Shown here piece after piece: positions 61,501-64,000 of a stretch of 64,000 nucleotides of DNA (position 1 is its first letter; the number at the start of each line of letters is the position of its first letter). The position numbers were made by a program, and so were the translations under genes. This stretch comes from Phoronis australis (lineage: Eukaryota; Animalia; Phoronida). The notes under the pieces were generated by a model. The model was not told the origin of the DNA, made no database searches, and was given only the letters and a program-made list of their open reading frames with translations. The DNA lies in the NCBI GenBank assembly GCA_002633005.1, contig NMRA01000109.1:780624-844623 (forward strand). Direction: 5' to 3'.

Positions 61501-61854
61501 ACACTATTTTGGCAAATATTTTTGTGTGATATAAGCAAAGAATTACCGTATCTTTACTACCGTAATCTCTCAATTGGCAGATGGTTCAAATGACTAATCA
61601 ATACACTTTTGCAAAATTAAGACTTGCCTAGTGAACTCTTCTTCTAAAAGACCTGGATCAGGTGTGTAAAACTTGACAGAGAATCTGAAGGACATGTCGT
61701 GCTGTGAGCCTGTCTGCTTGACAATGTATTTCTCATTGTCTAGCCACCGTAGGACGCCAGTTGCATCCTTGTACTCCAGGCCGAAGTAATCCGATTCCAA
61801 CAGTCTCAGGTGTTTTACTACAGCGTCAAACAAGTCGCAGCCGTGAGCTTTGTA
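25418..61854 (-). CDS. FARP2: FERM, ARHGEF (DH) and pleckstrin domain-containing protein (FARP1/FARP2/Cdep family); first exon(s) outside window
   Basis: Phase-consistent minus-strand exon chain encoding FERM ([37 protein letters not shown]), FERM-adjacent ([13 protein letters not shown]), DH ([28 protein letters not shown]), PH1 and PH2 ([17 protein letters not shown]). Probably co-orthologous to FARP1 and FARP2, so the symbol is family-level only. Confidence 0.93.
25707..25860. repeat. Small inverted-repeat element in last FARP intron
   Basis: ggtaaaaaattcaatttc ... gaaattgaaattttacc; inner gacccc/ggggtc. Confidence 0.55.
25922..26114. mobile_element. MITE family A copy 2 (internally deleted)
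   Basis: atatct|cagggcttggtatgacc...aagccctg|atgtct; interior homologous to 23443-23695 (aaaagaggaaattttt, tctacaaataaata). Confidence 0.85.
26154..26305 (-). CDS. FARP2: FARP exon, PH2
   Basis: ccacag|GAT...AG|gtgagt; [10 protein letters not shown]...[14 protein letters not shown]. Confidence 0.94.
26742..26849 (-). CDS. FARP2: FARP exon, PH2 (absent from ORF track)
   Basis: tttcag|AAT...CAG|gtgagt; [34 protein letters not shown]. Confidence 0.94.
27605..27744 (-). CDS. FARP2: FARP exon, inter-PH
   Basis: tttcag|GT...AAG|gtacat; [18 protein letters not shown]. Confidence 0.93.
28909..28932 (-). CDS. Candidate 24-nt cassette microexon between PH1 and PH2
   Basis: tttcag|AACGAGGCGCAAAAAACGCCAGAG|gtaaga; phase 1/1, encodes KRGAKNAR; TGCATG motifs downstream. 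Confidence 0.6.
29543..29655 (-). CDS. FARP2: FARP exon, PH1 helix
   Basis: cattag|T...A|gtgagt; [13 protein letters not shown]. Confidence 0.9.
29822..29887. repeat. 22-bp tandem repeat, 3 diverged copies
   Basis: cctctaaggtcagtaggtgtcg / cctctaagttcaataggtggcg / tctctgagttcgataggttgca. Confidence 0.8.
30330..30412 (-). CDS. FARP2: FARP exon, PH1
   Basis: gtatag|GTT...AG|gtggga; [27 protein letters not shown]. Confidence 0.88.
30820..30978 (-). CDS. FARP2: FARP exon, PH1
   Basis: tttttttaag|AAA...ATT|gtgagt (AAG acceptor); [25 protein letters not shown]. Confidence 0.92.
31940..32121 (-). CDS. FARP2: FARP exon, DH end
   Basis: tttcag|GC...AGG|gtaggt; [19 protein letters not shown]. Confidence 0.92.
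32323..32370 (-). mobile_element. tRNA-derived SINE head or tRNA pseudogene
   Basis: Minus strand A-box TAGTGTAGTTGG and B-box GGTTCAATTCC; anticodon arm truncated. Confidence 0.55.
33434..33705 (-). CDS. FARP2: FARP exon, DH
   Basis: gacag|G...C|gtaagt; EGKSNAH...[22 protein letters not shown]. Confidence 0.93.
34214..35035. mobile_element. Non-autonomous DNA transposon with ~34-bp TIRs
   Basis: gggctgttccagtaaaatccgtgtgggagggg ... cccctcccatacagattttgctggaacagccc; repeated atgggtggt subterminal motifs. Confidence 0.85.
35244..35788. mobile_element. Fold-back MITE with TTAA TSD (Kolobok-like)
   Basis: ttaa|ggctatctaggaccttaat ... attaaggttccagataact|ttaa; inverted arms ~130 bp (tatgcttcttactactgtgtctt / aagacacagtagtaagaagcata). 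Confidence 0.85.
35874..36007 (-). CDS. FARP2: FARP exon, DH (absent from ORF track)
   Basis: ctgcag|TGG...TG|gtgagt; [20 protein letters not shown]. Confidence 0.92.
36092..38450. mobile_element. 2.36-kb non-autonomous DNA transposon, TTAA TSD, Kolobok-like
   Basis: ttaa|gggtgggacgctac ... gtagcgtcccacc|ttaa (13-bp perfect TIR starting with purines); no intact transposase ORF. Confidence 0.85.
39151..39240 (-). CDS. FARP2: FARP exon, DH start (absent from ORF track)
   Basis: ttttag|AGG...GTG|gtaagc; [28 protein letters not shown]. Confidence 0.93.
39611..39746. repeat. 65-bp tandem duplication
   Basis: ttatagccctgctacataacaattagcc...cagtcctaatacagtg at 39611-39675 and 39682-39746. Confidence 0.9.
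40926..41430 (-). CDS. FARP2: FARP linker exon preceding DH
   Basis: tttcag|A...AAG|gtgaga; contains RPPTPPPPL, ends EEESRRK. Confidence 0.85.
42026..42590. repeat. 261-bp apparently identical duplication flanking an N; probable assembly artefact
   Basis: 42026-42286 equals 42330-42590 by eye; the first copy ends exactly at N 42287. Confidence 0.85.
42890..43160. repeat. Degenerate ~16-bp C-rich tandem array (G-rich on FARP sense strand)
   Basis: Units such as ccctagacacccatga / cctaaccacccatgg / ccagatacccc. Confidence 0.8.
43176..43605 (-). CDS. FARP2: FARP linker exon
   Basis: caacag|GA...AG|gtaagg; acidic linker with YASINY and DLYSQV tyrosine motifs; phases 1/2 fit neighbours. Confidence 0.8.
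46012..46017 (-). terminator. Putative intronic poly(A) signal of the short FERM-only isoform
   Basis: AATAAA on minus with downstream GU-rich tract (gtgccctgttgttctttgtattt, about 45968-45946), ~3 kb after the stop at 49020. Confidence 0.4.
49020..51171 (-). CDS. FARP2: FARP large exon: read-through alternative terminal exon (717 codons including stop) with internal donor(s) used by the full-length isoform
   Basis: ttgtag|G acceptor in phase with the upstream exon; uninterrupted Ser/Thr/Pro/acidic ORF to TGA at 49020-49022; phase-1 GT donors after 50969, 50435 and 49805 match the next acceptor at 43605. Confidence 0.8.
52784..52786 (-). CDS. Candidate 3-nt microexon (adds Lys)
   Basis: Minus strand cactaactaatttctgcgtttcttgttcatgc...ttatag|AAA|gtgagt; frame-preserving. 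Confidence 0.5.
53744..53818 (-). CDS. FARP2: FARP exon, FERM-adjacent (absent from ORF track)
   Basis: ctatag|C...AG|gtatgt; [24 protein letters not shown]. Confidence 0.92.
54071..54393. mobile_element. hAT-like MITE, TSD CACTAT
   Basis: cactat|gagacgtgccaag ... cttggcaggtctg|cactat; subterminal ctcacgc and ctcaagcaaaattt repeats. Confidence 0.8.
55455..55615 (-). CDS. FARP2: FARP exon, FERM C-lobe / FA
   Basis: ttacag|GAC...CG|gttggt; [16 protein letters not shown]...SRGSSFR. Confidence 0.93.
56694..56699 (-). CDS. Candidate 6-nt microexon (RE) in FARP FERM C-lobe
   Basis: Minus strand tttcatttttttcttttttg...taatag|AGGGAG|gtatga; phase 0/0 like the host intron. Confidence 0.5.
58267..58422 (-). 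CDS. FARP2: FARP exon, FERM C-lobe
   Basis: cccag|GAC...TAT|gtaagt; [26 protein letters not shown]. Confidence 0.93.
59090..59177 (-). CDS. FARP2: FARP exon, FERM (absent from ORF track)
   Basis: ttgcag|A...AGG|gtgaga; [23 protein letters not shown]. Confidence 0.9.
60017..60238 (-). CDS. FARP2: FARP exon, FERM central lobe
   Basis: ttgcag|G...AT|gtaagt; [14 protein letters not shown]...AEIGDY. Confidence 0.92.
61628..61854 (-). CDS. FARP2: FARP exon, FERM N-lobe; ends at a GC donor
   Basis: tttcag|TAC...ACTAG|gcaagt; [10 protein letters not shown]...[15 protein letters not shown]. Confidence 0.9.
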
Positions 61855-64000
61855 CTGAAATGAAAACAGCACAGGTAAGTATGCAGGTGTGGCTGTCAAC
61901 AGTCTTTGGTCTAACTATTGAGAAAAATTAGAAAACCAAGTTGAGGTCTCGAGGCAGGGCCAGCAATAACCATTCCCTTTGAATTATATTTAAAAATCAC
62001 GCGAAATTCCCCTATCGTTAAAATCACTCCTGCCAAATGTTAGTATTGACTTCTTAAAGTATTGTTGATCAGGGGAGGCAGTCGGGAGGTGGTGATTGGG
62101 AATTTTTCCCTCAACTGACAAATTCCCCTCACAGAAGACACTGGCACCTTCCCCTCTGGTAAGCTAAGGACATGCATGGAAAGGACCGTCATTTCATTTT
62201 TCGTTTTTGTTTTTGGCAGCTTAATACCGAGAAATTGAAGTTTTAAGGATATTACCGAATTAGCCCTAATAACCACCCAAGGGGCTTAGAAAAATTCGTT
62301 TCAGAGGAAGGCACTTAATGTAACTAAAGGCGGTTGAAACCCGGTCTCTGAAACGGGTGAAATCGCAAGCTAAGATTAATCATATTTACGCTCTGTGATG
62401 TATCTGTAACCTATGACAGACTTACGATACAAAATTGTGGTGCATTGCTATCAAACTTTGCTGTTAAATTACTATCATTTTACAGAAAATTGTGCTGAAA
62501 GTGCTGAAATCCCAGGGCGAAAACTCGCCGACTGACTACCTTGCAATCGTCGATATGGCGACTTCAATGATTGAATAAAAAAACAGTTTCGACTCGAGCA
62601 AATTCCCTGAAATCCTCCTTAAGTTTTCCTCATAGTGCCCCTAAGACTTTTAAGTTCCCGTGGAATCGGCATAAACGGCAGGTTAAGTACAAATCTGTGC
62701 TACATCGTGCCATCTATGATAGGCAACACGAGAAAAATCTCTGGACCAGAACACACCTTGTTGTCACGTGACGTTTGTTATGAAGTTCGTCTGCATGTGT
62801 GAGTAAGCGAGAGCATGCGTGTCACCAGAGTTCATTTGCCAGAGTAAACGCAATCAACAAGCTAGATGTGCATTGTATCTAAATAAATTAGCACAAGCAG
62901 TAGGCCTAAAGCAGAACGTGTTTCATTCAGCACTTGCCGGTCTCATGTGCTGAAAACGTTCGACATTTGTCTTGGTGAGGCTTTAGTCGCCGTGTGGCTG
63001 AATGCATACGTGACTACCTGACAGATATTTTTCAGTGTAAGGGTGTGTAAGCATTCACTGTCAGTGGTCATTTTATCGGATATTTGGCTTAAAAACACCA
63101 TGATTAATCAAACAATCTCTCTTAAAAATAACGCTAACATTTTTACAGTATTAGAAACTGTCGGAAATTAGTGCCAATATTCATTTCTTGTCGATGCTAT
63201 GCTACCCGTTTCTTGAATGGATAGCTCCCGACTAACGTCTTTGATGACAGATACATGTATGTAGCGCGGCTTCCTGGCGACGTGCTTTTAACACTGGCCA
63301 AGTTTTTTACTGGTCTTCCAATTCGGTTCGTGGTTTTCACGTGTACAAAGAAATTTGGATTCCTGCTGAGGGCAGGAAATATCCACAATACAATCCCGTT
63401 GACAAATACACTACATCTGTTCTGAAAGGCCTGACCATAGTGGGACACATTCCTTGCAAATCAGCAAAACTTTTGTGTTCCTTTTGAGGCACGGCGGAAG
63501 TTTGAAGTGTATAGTCACAGCTAAATATCGACATAGCGGCGAGGCTCCTGGTCTACAATGATTCTGCGCACAATATTTTTCAGGACTGTCGGATATTATT
63601 GATAAATTGAAGACGTTACAGTAGAATTTTAAGACTGTAAGAAAGCATTTTTCGCACGTACACGTTCATGGGCCGGGCGCTTATTTTAGCAAAGTCTGAA
63701 AACGCGTGGGGGTGCTTATAGGGGCAGGTGCAGTTATTAGGGCGAAAACAGTATTTAATTTTCAATGTAGAAATTTAAGTCATTTTTATTTTATCTTCAC
63801 ACAGTTACTGACAAGAGATGTCGATGAATATATTTCCAACAAATAGGATGTTATTAACTACCTTCAGTAGATGCAAAGCAAAGATGTGTGGTAGAACAGT
63901 TTGATTATGCAAATGAATAAGACTCATTAGCAGGATCATAACAAGATACCATGGCAACTACTGACAACCAAACCTAGAATGTGGCGTGTTCATTTCCAAA

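Noticed and set aside
62280-63755. Additional MITE-like ends (aggggc...gcccct at ~62280-62642; ...attagggcgaaaacagta at ~63736-63753)
   Set aside because: TIR pairs too degenerate or unmatched and no TSD confirmed; not reported as features.

Overview
Eukaryotic (animal, probably marine invertebrate) genomic DNA, AT-rich and intron-rich, with no prokaryotic features. Two convergent multi-exon genes fill the window. (1) On +, the last 16 coding exons (1193-14110, about 1,110 aa) of a FREM2/ECM3-type FRAS1-related extracellular matrix protein: Calx-beta repeats, a conserved C-terminal domain, two furin sites, a TM helix and a C-terminal PDZ ligand (NSEV). (2) On -, about 20 coding exons (61854-25418; start codon beyond the window) of a FARP1/FARP2/Cdep-type FERM-RhoGEF(DH)-PH-PH protein. 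I rebuilt both exon chains by hand and all phases are consistent. The most notable signal is hidden splicing complexity in the FARP gene: a 2.15-kb alternative terminal exon giving a FERM-only isoform with a disordered tail carrying a repeated F-S-T/S-F motif, candidate 3-, 6- and 24-nt microexons, and a GC-AG intron. Introns, the 3' UTR and the intergenic gap hold many non-autonomous DNA transposons (5-bp, 6-bp and TTAA target-site duplications), tRNA-derived SINE heads, hairpins, tandem repeats and one likely assembly artefact. All homology calls are from my recall of the families; no search was run.
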